The translations under genes and the position numbers were made by a program. Positions 37,918 to 46,810 of a DNA stretch of 64,000 bases are shown one piece after another; the stretch's first letter is position 1, and every line of letters starts with the position of its first letter. The notes beneath the pieces were generated by a model. It saw nothing but the letters and a program-made list of their open reading frames with translations, did no database searches and had not been told where the DNA came from. The DNA comes from Vampirovibrionaceae bacterium NZW_1234. Lineage in GTDB: Bacteria > Cyanobacteriota > Vampirovibrionia > Vampirovibrionales > JAGQHJ01. The stretch spans positions 128,001 to 192,000 of the forward strand of contig JBGUGD010000015.1 of the NCBI GenBank assembly GCA_041697335.1, written 5' to 3'.

Positions 37918-40482
37918 ATGGCGTTTTCGTCAGACAGCTTTTTGTCGCCTGGACTGTTCCAGAACATTGGCGGGCTTGGTACCCCAAGCATCCCCAATGG
38001 AACAAATCCATGGTTTCAGGATACATCGGGCTTTAGTCCGGGGTTTCAGCAGTCATCGCCCTTCAGCTTTGGCGGGGTGGACAGCTTTGCCCAAACCGGC
38101 TTCTCCAGCTACAACACCGATGGCTATGGTGGCTATGGTGGCTATGGCGGCTATGACTTCAACGGCTATGGCTCCCCAGGCAGCTATTGGGGAGGGGACT
38201 CCGGCGGCTTTAACAATGGCTTTTCAGGTGGCTTTGATACCGGACAAAGCGGCTTTTTTGACCCCAACAGCTTTAGCAACCAAGGCTATTTCTTTGATGC
38301 CCAAGGCAATCCGCTGAACTTTAACGGCTCTGGCGGCAATGGCTTTGACTCCGGCCAAAGCGGCTTTTTTGATCCCAACGGCTATGGCAGTGGCTTTGAC
38401 GATCAAGGCTATTATTACGATGATCAAGGCTATCCCATTGATCCCAGCCAAGATCCCCGTGCCTTTGGTCCACCCGGCTTTGACCCAGGCTTTGACCCAG
38501 GCTTTGATCCAGGTTTTGATCCGCAGTTTGATCCGGGGTTCGACCCGCGATTTGTCCAAGGCCCACCTCCTCGACCGCCTCAGCCTCGCTCCAACCCGCT
38601 TCTGCCCTTCCTCTTTCTCACCCTTCTGGACAAGGACCAGGGCTCAGGCTCCAGTGGCGGAGGCATCGACTTCAAGACCTTCATGATGATGTCCATGATG
38701 AGCGGGGGCGAGATCAACCCCATGATGATGTTCCTGCTTATGGATGACGAGGACGGCTCGGGCAGTGGCATGGACTTCAAGGACCTCATGCTCTTTTCCA
38801 TGATGAGTGGCGGCGGGGGCGGCGATATGATGGGCATGATGATGATGATGTCCATGATCAACGGGGATATGGACTTTAAGGACTTTATGCTGTTCTCCAT
38901 GATGAGCAGCGGTGATTTCAACCCCATGATGATGCTTCTTCTCATGGATGACGATGTTGGCGGCAATACAGTCGCCGCCGATGGCGAAAATATCGCCAAC
39001 AACTACGGCGAAGCAGGTAACATTGTCAACAACATTACCAAGCATGTCACGAACAACTACTTTGGCGGCGGTGTGATTCCCGGCAACATCTTTGGCGGGG
39101 GCACCTGTGGCATCCCTGTGCCCATTACGCCAGGAGTCTGCGCGCCCCCTTCCCCAGGTCCCGGCGTTTGTTTACCTCCTACTCCACCCCCGGTGCCAGG
39201 CCCCGGCGTCTGCTTACCACCCACACCGGGCCCCACCCATAACGGGCAGCTCGACATTGTCACCCGACTCTTTGATCACACCGGCCAGAATCTTTTGGAC
39301 CAAAATGATCGGGGCTCTGTCACCATTACCCGACAAGACGGTACCGTGGTCTACCAAGGACCCAACAACGGCATCATTCCCAACCTGCCTCGGGAAATCC
39401 TCAACGTTTCGGTCACCTTGCCCGCGGATCCGGCTCGTAACTTCCCGGGCCAAACCGTCCAGCCGCAGCAGGTTGACTTTAGAAACAACCAAAGCAATAC
39501 CCTCACCATTAATGCCTTTGCCACCCAGGTCAACAACCCGCCACCGGGAAATAATGGGCAGCTCGATGTCGTGACCCGGCTGTATGATCACACGGGCCAG
39601 ACCCTGCTTGATCAGAGCGACCGCGGGACTCTGACCATCACCAAACAAGACGGCACCGTGGTCTACCAGGGACCCAACAACGGTATCATCCCCAACCTGC
39701 CTCGGGAGATCCTCAATGTTGCTGTGAACCTTCCTGCCGATCCGGCTCGAAATTTCCCGGGCCAGACCCTCCAACCACAGCAGGTTGATTTCAGAAATAA
39801 CCAAAGCAATACGCTGACCATTAATGCCTTTGCCATACAACCGGTAAACAACACGCAAAACGATGCCTCGGTCCAGGTCAACATCCGACTTACAGACCAA
39901 AACGGCATTGTACGTTACCAAAGTACTGGCACCACCTGCACCATCCGAGATGCCCAGGGCAATATCACTCACCAAGGCGGGACCGACCCAACGCTGACCA
40001 TTGAGGTACGAAACCTCGACGGCACCCTGGTGCGACAGGTCACTGGCAACCGGGGCATCTTAACTGATCTCCCCCGAGGTCAGTATAACGTCACTGTCTC
40101 CTCCACCTTCTTTGGCCAAACCCCCATTAACGTCACCCAGCAGGTCGACACGCGAACCACGCCAGCGGCCACCATCGACATCAACCACACCATGACCTCG
40201 CAAACGCAACAGCAGCAGCAGGGCAATAATATCAGCTTCAAGCATTACTGGACCTCGAATGAATATGTGGGCACGAGCCAATACTACCCGGCACAATATG
40301 TGAACCAATACGGCCAAATCCCCAATGGGTTTGTGCAATTCCACACCATCGGGGATCCCAACTCGGTGCCCTATGACACAGGCTCCATCCTGGTCAATCG
40401 AAAGACCTTCATTAATGGGCAACAGGTTGAACAAAGCGATATTCAAATGTTTGTCCGAGACATCCCCCGATGGTATGCCTAA
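37918..40482 (+). CDS. Large modular protein: G/F/Y/D-rich disordered N-terminus, DPGF repeats, Met-rich cassette, Pro/Cys linker, three beta-rich repeat domains
   Basis: About 855-aa ORF (alternative start 37897); cassette near-identical to the C-terminal part of the 6163 protein. Confidence 0.85.
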   Translation: MAFSSDSFLSPGLFQNIGGLGTPSIPNGTNPWFQDTSGFSPGFQQSSPFSFGGVDSFAQTGFSSYNTDGYGGYGGYGGYDFNGYGSPGSYWGGDSGGFNNGFSGGFDTGQSGFFDPNSFSNQGYFFDAQGNPLNFNGSGGNGFDSGQSGFFDPNGYGSGFDDQGYYYDDQGYPIDPSQDPRAFGPPGFDPGFDPGFDPGFDPQFDPGFDPRFVQGPPPRPPQPRSNPLLPFLFLTLLDKDQGSGSSGGGIDFKTFMMMSMMSGGEINPMMMFLLMDDEDGSGSGMDFKDLMLFSMMSGGGGGDMMGMMMMMSMINGDMDFKDFMLFSMMSSGDFNPMMMLLLMDDDVGGNTVAADGENIANNYGEAGNIVNNITKHVTNNYFGGGVIPGNIFGGGTCGIPVPITPGVCAPPSPGPGVCLPPTPPPVPGPGVCLPPTPGPTHNGQLDIVTRLFDHTGQNLLDQNDRGSVTITRQDGTVVYQGPNNGIIPNLPREILNVSVTLPADPARNFPGQTVQPQQVDFRNNQSNTLTINAFATQVNNPPPGNNGQLDVVTRLYDHTGQTLLDQSDRGTLTITKQDGTVVYQGPNNGIIPNLPREILNVAVNLPADPARNFPGQTLQPQQVDFRNNQSNTLTINAFAIQPVNNTQNDASVQVNIRLTDQNGIVRYQSTGTTCTIRDAQGNITHQGGTDPTLTIEVRNLDGTLVRQVTGNRGILTDLPRGQYNVTVSSTFFGQTPINVTQQVDTRTTPAATIDINHTMTSQTQQQQQGNNISFKHYWTSNEYVGTSQYYPAQYVNQYGQIPNGFVQFHTIGDPNSVPYDTGSILVNRKTFINGQQVEQSDIQMFVRDIPRWYA
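38473..38553 (+). repeat. 12-nt coding tandem repeat (DPGF, about 6 units)
   Basis: GA[CT]CC[AG]GG[CTG]TT[TC] units. Confidence 0.85.
39241..39834 (+). repeat. Intragenic domain duplication, period 312 nt (104 aa)
   Basis: NGQLD.VTRL.DHTGQ...TLTINAFA begins at 39241 and at 39553. Confidence 0.9.
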
Positions 40483-40628
40483 GGCCATCAGTCTGGTTTG
40501 TATGCACAGGTCTTACATGGTGGCCCTATCCGGGTATTCGCGGGTAAAACAGGCAACCTAAGCCACTTGTCGTTCTGATGCGAGTCCATTACAATCACAA
40601 TACATCCAGCGTCTAGACAGGTGTTTCT

Positions 40629-41468
40629 ATGAACCGACCCACAGACCAAGGCCGCTCAGATTCCAATCGTAAACCTGTACCGGCTCCTAAAATCAACCGT
40701 CATGTCGATTTAAACACAGATTTTGGCCAAAGTGCCGACCGTTCTTTTTTTGAAGGCAAAGAGCGTACGCTCCTTCACTTTGTGAGTTCGGTAAACATCC
40801 CATGCTGTGTGCATGACAGTGATCCGCACCAGGTTTTAAAAGACATCGCTACGGCCAAACTCAACAACTGTGCCGTGGGTGCTCACATCGCCTACCCCGA
40901 TCCCAAGCATTACGGCTACCAGCCCATGGACATGGGCATGGACGAACTGGAAGCCTGGATTATTCTCCAACTTGGCGCATTTTCCGCCCTGTGCCGCACC
41001 AATAAAATTGATATGGAACACATCCGCCCTCATGGCGCCTTGTATAACGCCTTTATCAATAACGAAGAGGTTGCCCTTGCCGTTGCCAGAGCAGTCCATC
41101 GGTTTGATCCCTGGGCCATGCTGATTGCCCCCATCAGCCCCTTGATTGATCAGGTGCAGTCAGAGGTTGAACTCCAGATTGTGCAGGAAATTTATCTGGG
41201 CAAGCGGGTGGATGCCAACGGCGTAATTATTCTGGACAGGGCCAGTGAAAACCTTCACCCGCAAGGGGTTATCGAGCAGGTCAAACAGTTCCTGACCGAC
41301 GGCTCGGTGACGACCGAAGACGGCAAAGTCGTCAAGGTGAATTGCAAGACCATGCATTTGAGCCCCAAACTGCAAGGCAATATGATGATTGCGGAACGTG
41401 TGAACGCCATGCTCAATCAGCCAGTGCCTTTGTCCTTGGTCGCCGCCGGGAGTTCAGGATGGTTGTAA
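40629..41468 (+). CDS. LamB/YcsF (PxpA)-family protein, divergent
   Basis: VDLNTDFGQS, VGAHIAYPD and HIRPHGALYN. Confidence 0.8.
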   Translation: MNRPTDQGRSDSNRKPVPAPKINRHVDLNTDFGQSADRSFFEGKERTLLHFVSSVNIPCCVHDSDPHQVLKDIATAKLNNCAVGAHIAYPDPKHYGYQPMDMGMDELEAWIILQLGAFSALCRTNKIDMEHIRPHGALYNAFINNEEVALAVARAVHRFDPWAMLIAPISPLIDQVQSEVELQIVQEIYLGKRVDANGVIILDRASENLHPQGVIEQVKQFLTDGSVTTEDGKVVKVNCKTMHLSPKLQGNMMIAERVNAMLNQPVPLSLVAAGSSGWL

Positions 41469-42364
41469 ACGCTGAAGACTTTCCCTCCTTTATCCTATAT
41501 GGCCCAATTGGGGCTGGCATTTCCACCGCATTAAAGTCCTTTCTGGAATATCGCTATGTCACGGTCGGTGGTGTAACGCCCGCCTCTGTCGACACCATCC
41601 TCACCATGGCCCATCAAGAGCACCGACCCGCCGCCATTGCGCTAGCTTTACCCCCAAACGAAGTGTCCGCCGAGGATGTTACCCGTCAGCTTCAGGCGTT
41701 AAAAGCCACCCATGCCAACCTTAAGTTTCTGTACTTGAGTTGCCCCACCGACGTCTTGATGCAGCGCTTTGCCGCCACCGAAAAGGCTCACCCTTACGAA
41801 AAAGAAGGTGGCATTATGGCGACCCTGGAAGCCGAACAACTGCTATACCGGCCCTTAAAGTCCCTTAGCGACTACCACGTGGACACGAGTTCCACCAGCA
41901 AGCAGGAATTGGAGCTTAAAATCGCCAAGATCCTGAACATTCAGGTCGGTGTTCAGCCTATGACCATTACGCTGACCTCCTTTGGCTTCAAGCATGGGGT
42001 TCCCACCGATGCCGAGATGGTCTTTGATATGCGCTTTCTACCCAATCCCTTCTACGATGAGTCCTTACGCCCCCTAACAGGCCTGGACAAACCGGTGTCG
42101 GATTATGTCTTCCAGTTTCCGGAAACCCATGACTTTCTGACCCACTGGCAAAATCTTCTGACCCAAAGCCTGCCGATGTTTCAGCAGCAAGGCAAAACCC
42201 GTTTAAACATTGCCATTGGATGCACCGGGGGGCAGCATCGCTCTGTTGCTCTCACCATGGCCTTAGCCCAGTACCTTCAAGAGCAGTTCCCGACGTTTAC
42301 CCTTCGGGTTGTTCACAGAGAACAGACTCACTGGCCCAAAAAAACAGCCCTTGGGCAACACTAG
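41459..42364 (+). CDS. rapZ: RNase adapter RapZ/YvcJ-family protein
   Basis: SFGFKHG, FDMRFLPNPF and IAIGCTGGQHRSV; degenerate P-loop. Confidence 0.9.
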   Translation: MVVNAEDFPSFILYGPIGAGISTALKSFLEYRYVTVGGVTPASVDTILTMAHQEHRPAAIALALPPNEVSAEDVTRQLQALKATHANLKFLYLSCPTDVLMQRFAATEKAHPYEKEGGIMATLEAEQLLYRPLKSLSDYHVDTSSTSKQELELKIAKILNIQVGVQPMTITLTSFGFKHGVPTDAEMVFDMRFLPNPFYDESLRPLTGLDKPVSDYVFQFPETHDFLTHWQNLLTQSLPMFQQQGKTRLNIAIGCTGGQHRSVALTMALAQYLQEQFPTFTLRVVHREQTHWPKKTALGQH

Positions 42365-42382
42365 AGGGATATAGGAACCTGC

Positions 42383-43768
42383 ATGGGGAAACCGGACTTA
42401 CATTTAAAACACTGGTCTAAGCAAGCCACCTGGCTGGTTCCCGGCCTCTATATCAAGCGCTGGCTCGGAATTTTGGTCGCCGGCTTTGTCAGCATTGTCA
42501 TTGGCGGCGCCTTGTTGTTGAACCTGCAACCCATTACGGCAGCCATTGATTTCATTAAATCCGTTGCCCCGATGATTCCCTCCTGGGAAAGCGGGACCTT
42601 GCTCCTGCTGTTTGGCCTCCTGATGCTATCCATTGGGCTTCGCAAAGCCACAGACAGCGTGTTTGATGCGCTGGGGGCCAGCCGGGACCCGGACATTCTG
42701 GAAGCCTTGTACCGCCGGAATAAGTTGGATCATGGCCCGGATCTGGTGGCCATTGGGGGTGGCACTGGATTATCCTCCCTGCTTCGCGGCTTAAAAGATT
42801 ACACCAACAACATTACCGCCATTGTCACGGTGGCCGATGACGGTGGCAGCTCGGGTCGCCTACGCCAGGAATTCGGCATCATTCCCCCAGGCGACATCCG
42901 AAACTGTATTGCGGCGCTTGCCGATGAGGAAAAACTCATTACCGAACTGTTCCAATACCGCTTTAAAACCGGCCATGGACTGGAAGGCCACTCGTTCGGC
43001 AACCTGTTTCTCTCGGTGCTATGCGCCATTACCGGGAACATGGTGCAGGCCGTCAAAGAATCTTCCAAGGTTTTAAACATCCGGGGCCGCGTGTTGCCCG
43101 CCTCGCTGGACAACCTGTGCCTTGTCGCTCAGCTCGAAGGCGGTGTGGAGATCCGGGGCGAGTCCCTGATTCCGACGGCCAACAGCAAAATCATGCGGCT
43201 GCGCTGTGAGCCCGAAAATCCGGAACCCTTGCCTGAAGTATTGGATGCCATTGCCCGGGCCCAGCTTATTATTCTGGGGCCTGGCAGTTTGTACACCAGT
43301 GTTCTTCCCAATCTGCTGATCCCATCTGTGGCCGAAGCCATTCATCGATCCAAAGCCGTCAAGATCTATGTCTGCAATGTCATGACCCAGCGGGGTGAAA
43401 CCGACGACTTTACCGTGGGCGATCACATTCAGGTGCTCATGGATCACTGTCCGGGCAAGCGCCTCATCGATGCCGTGGTGGTCAACAACTGGATCCCGGA
43501 GCGTCTGGTGGAAAAGTATCAAGCCTCCGGTTCCATTCCCGTAGAAATCGATCGGGAACGCCTGGCGGAAATGGGCATCAACATTATCGAACGGGTCCTG
43601 GTGGATGAAGGCATGGTGATCCGTCACAACCCTAAAAAGCTTTCCCGGAGCATTATTCACTGGTTTAAAAAAGAGCATCGCCGACAAGCCAAGTTCTTGC
43701 CGCGCTGGGCCGGAAATGACGACGAAACACCGGAAGAAACCCTTGAAAAAGATTTGATTCAGATTTAA
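42383..43768 (+). CDS. yvcK: YvcK/GlmR (UPF0052) protein with N-terminal TM segments
   Basis: IGGGTGLS, VTVADDGGSSGRLR, PPGDIRNC, GHSFGNL and GPGSLYTS motifs. Confidence 0.92.
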   Translation: MGKPDLHLKHWSKQATWLVPGLYIKRWLGILVAGFVSIVIGGALLLNLQPITAAIDFIKSVAPMIPSWESGTLLLLFGLLMLSIGLRKATDSVFDALGASRDPDILEALYRRNKLDHGPDLVAIGGGTGLSSLLRGLKDYTNNITAIVTVADDGGSSGRLRQEFGIIPPGDIRNCIAALADEEKLITELFQYRFKTGHGLEGHSFGNLFLSVLCAITGNMVQAVKESSKVLNIRGRVLPASLDNLCLVAQLEGGVEIRGESLIPTANSKIMRLRCEPENPEPLPEVLDAIARAQLIILGPGSLYTSVLPNLLIPSVAEAIHRSKAVKIYVCNVMTQRGETDDFTVGDHIQVLMDHCPGKRLIDAVVVNNWIPERLVEKYQASGSIPVEIDRERLAEMGINIIERVLVDEGMVIRHNPKKLSRSIIHWFKKEHRRQAKFLPRWAGNDDETPEETLEKDLIQI

Positions 43769-43814
43769 GATGAGACTTGAATTTTCGGAGTGTACGCATC
43801 AGAAGGACTGACCC

Positions 43815-44720
43815 ATGTCTGTGGCTCCCAAATTGCGCCGGATCACCCCGCAACATCTGATCCAAAAAAAGCGGGACGGGGAAAAAATCGTTTCACTCAC
43901 GGCCTATGACTACAGCACAGCCAAGTTGCTGGATCAAACCGGCGTGGTGGACTTCTTGCTGGTGGGTGATTCCTTGGGCATGGTGATTCTCGGGTATCAA
44001 GACACCTTAAGTGTCACCATGGACGATATGTTACACCACGTCAAAGCCGTAACCCGAGGGACACAACGGGCGCTGGTGGTGGCTGATATGCCGTTTATGA
44101 GTGTGCACGTGGACTTTGCCTCCTCGGTTCGCAATGTTGCCCGCATGATTCAAGAGGGTCACGCCAACGCCGTCAAGCTTGAAGGGGCCTCATCATTGAC
44201 CCTGGAGATTGTGAAGCATCTCACCGAGATTGGCATTCCCGTCATGGGGCACCTCGGCTTCACCCCCCAATCCGTCCACACGCTGGGCGGCTACCGGGTT
44301 CAGGCCAAGTCCCTGGAGGCCGTTAAAAAGCTGTACAACGATGCCAAGGCCCTGGAAGCCGCTGGCGCCTTTGCCATTGTCCTGGAAATGGTCCCCACGG
44401 AAGTGGCTGACCTGGTCACCCGGCACCTCAAAGTACCCACCATCGGCATCGGGGCCGGAGCGGCCTGCGATGGTCAGATCCTGGTGGTCGATGACTTTAT
44501 GGGCAAATACCCGGATCTCAAACCGAAATTTGTCCGCTCCTATGGGCATGTTGGCGAGCAATTGCAAGCCGCGGCCAAGCAGTACGCCACCGACATTTAT
44601 TCCGGGGAATTTCCCCACCCCAATACCGAAAGCTTCCCATTTCCGCTGGAAGATATGGATGCGCTCCGGGCCTTTGAACATGAGCTAATCACGGAGACCT
44701 CTGTCCATGCATCTTGTTGA
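43815..44720 (+). CDS. panB: 3-methyl-2-oxobutanoate hydroxymethyltransferase
   Basis: LTAYD, LVGDSLGM, DMPFMS, VKLEG, GHLGFTPQ and PTIGIGAG motifs. Confidence 0.97.
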   Translation: MSVAPKLRRITPQHLIQKKRDGEKIVSLTAYDYSTAKLLDQTGVVDFLLVGDSLGMVILGYQDTLSVTMDDMLHHVKAVTRGTQRALVVADMPFMSVHVDFASSVRNVARMIQEGHANAVKLEGASSLTLEIVKHLTEIGIPVMGHLGFTPQSVHTLGGYRVQAKSLEAVKKLYNDAKALEAAGAFAIVLEMVPTEVADLVTRHLKVPTIGIGAGAACDGQILVVDDFMGKYPDLKPKFVRSYGHVGEQLQAAAKQYATDIYSGEFPHPNTESFPFPLEDMDALRAFEHELITETSVHASC

Positions 44721-45615
44721 AACCATCGCCCAACTGCGTGCCCTTCGTAACGAGTGGCGCCAAGAGACCGTGGCCTTTGTGCCCACGATGGGGGCCCTTC
44801 ATGGCGGCCACCTGTCGCTCATCCAGAAAGCCCGGACGCTGGGCAGCAAGGTCATTGTCAGCATCTATGTCAATCCCCTCCAGTTCGGGCCTCATGAAGA
44901 TTTTGAACGATACCCGCGCACCCGGGAAGCCGACCTGGCCTTGTGTGAAGAGTATGCCGTCGATGCCGTTTTCTACCCCGACGTCCGGGAACTGCACCCG
45001 GAGGGCTATGACGCCATTACCCACGTGGTCCCCCCCTTGGCCCTGGTGAACCAGTTTTGCGGCCTGGCCCGTCCCGGGCATTTTACCGGCGTTGCCACCA
45101 TTGTGTTGAAGCTCTTTGGTCTGGTTGAACCCCATGTGGCCGTATTTGGTCAAAAAGACGCTCAACAACTGGCCGTCATCCAGCATATGGTAAAAGACCT
45201 GAACCTGCCTGTCACCATTATCCCGGCTCCCACACTGCGAGAAGCCGATGGCCTGGCCATGAGTTCCCGCAACCGATACCTGACCCCGGAAACCCGGCGC
45301 CAGGCCCGGTTGTTGTCTCGCCTGCTGATTACCGCCCAGGAACTCTACCGCCAAGGCATGGAAACCACGGAAGAAACGCTCCGTCTGGCCCAAGAGCAGG
45401 TCCTGGATGCGGATCTGTATCCGGACTTCGAGCTGGAATATTTTGGTGCAGTGCATCAGGACAGCTTTAGGCCCACCGAGATTCTGGATGACGATTCCCG
45501 GCTGTTGATTGCAGCGCGTCTGGGCCAGGTCCGCCTTATCGACAATGCCCTGATCTCAGACCCTGTTCGCCTGGAAGCCACCCGCTTCACCCATACTGCC
45601 AGCACCTTGTCCTAG
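44707..45615 (+). CDS. panC: Pantoate--beta-alanine ligase
   Basis: VPTMGALHGGH, VNPLQF, RPGHF, FGQKDAQQ, GLAMSSRN and RLIDN motifs. Confidence 0.97.
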   Translation: MHLVETIAQLRALRNEWRQETVAFVPTMGALHGGHLSLIQKARTLGSKVIVSIYVNPLQFGPHEDFERYPRTREADLALCEEYAVDAVFYPDVRELHPEGYDAITHVVPPLALVNQFCGLARPGHFTGVATIVLKLFGLVEPHVAVFGQKDAQQLAVIQHMVKDLNLPVTIIPAPTLREADGLAMSSRNRYLTPETRRQARLLSRLLITAQELYRQGMETTEETLRLAQEQVLDADLYPDFELEYFGAVHQDSFRPTEILDDDSRLLIAARLGQVRLIDNALISDPVRLEATRFTHTASTLS

Positions 45616-45711
45616 CCCTGAGTTTGGTCCGGTATTGAAACCGCCCTGTCCCGGGAGACCCGACTTCAATCTCGCCCCCAGGGATGCTATGATGCTGCAT
45701 ACGACGATCCC

Positions 45712-46710
45712 ATGCCCTTGATCGGATTCCTCGCCATGGCCACCTCCCCTGAAGTTCCTCCCGCCAAAACCATTGATGCGTCTCGAATGACGTTGGCTCA
45801 GGTCATCTTCCCCCGAGATACCAATGAGCTGGACTTGGCCACAGCCGGCGTTATCCTGAAAACCATTGATATTACGGCCAGCCTGACGGCGGGCAAGCAC
45901 TCGCAACGCAAAATCGTCACGGCCTCTCTGGATCGCATGGACTTTGTCCACCCGGCCAAGGTCTGGGAACTGGTCACCACCCGGGCCTGTTTGACCAAGA
46001 CGTGGCGCAGTTCCATGGAAATTGAAGTCACCGTCGAGGCCCAACATGCCCGAAGCGGCGAAACCCGCATTGTCGCCCAAGGCTACCTGGTCTTTGTGGC
46101 CCTTCAGGACGATGCCCCCCGTTCCGCCCCGGTTCCGCAACTCATCCTCAGCACCCCGGAAGAAGAGCGAAAAGCCCAGGAAGCCGAACTCCGCAGAGCC
46201 TGCCGTTTGGAAGAACTGAAACTTCTGGGCCATCACCACGAAACCGTCATTCAACCCGACGACCCCTCGGAAACCGTGTGGCGCACCATGACCCCGGATG
46301 ACTCCAACATCAACCAGAACGTCTTTGGCGGCATCATTCTGGAGCTGATGCATGATGCCGCCCAGAAAGCCGCCTTTCGCCACGTCAACGGCCCCGTGAT
46401 TTCGGTTCGCCAGGACCGGATGAGCTTTGAACAGCCCGCCTTTATCGGGGAAGAAGTTCGGGCCCAGGCCATCGTCACCCGCACCTGGACAACCTCGCTG
46501 GAAGTCCAGGTGGATGTCATTGCCAAGGATTACAAAACCCTGGAACAACGCCTGGTCGCAACGAGCTACCTGGTGTTTGTGGCCCAGGCCCCGGATGGCT
46601 CGCCAACCAGAGTCCCCCCGTATGCTCCGCAAACCGCCATGCAACACCGGCGCTGGGAGGAAGCCGACCTACGCTACGCCAGTCGTCAGGCCGAGCGTCG
46701 CATGGATTAA
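45712..46710 (+). CDS. Double hot-dog-fold acyl-CoA thioesterase
   Basis: Two repeats: VTASLDRMDF...SSMEIEV and NVFGGIILELMH...TSLEVQV; alternative start 45736. Confidence 0.88.
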   Translation: MPLIGFLAMATSPEVPPAKTIDASRMTLAQVIFPRDTNELDLATAGVILKTIDITASLTAGKHSQRKIVTASLDRMDFVHPAKVWELVTTRACLTKTWRSSMEIEVTVEAQHARSGETRIVAQGYLVFVALQDDAPRSAPVPQLILSTPEEERKAQEAELRRACRLEELKLLGHHHETVIQPDDPSETVWRTMTPDDSNINQNVFGGIILELMHDAAQKAAFRHVNGPVISVRQDRMSFEQPAFIGEEVRAQAIVTRTWTTSLEVQVDVIAKDYKTLEQRLVATSYLVFVAQAPDGSPTRVPPYAPQTAMQHRRWEEADLRYASRQAERRMD

Positions 46711-46810
46711 TTTCATCCTTGGTTTCAGAAGGGGTTTCTGGCATCATGGTGCCTGTCTGATCCGGGTGGTTGCCCCAGAGATTGGGTTGTGTGAGACGCG
46801 AGGTGCCCCA

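Noticed and set aside
46427..46810. N-terminal extension of the decarboxylase given by the ORF track
   Set aside because: Overlaps the thioesterase gene; the RBS supports ATG 46811
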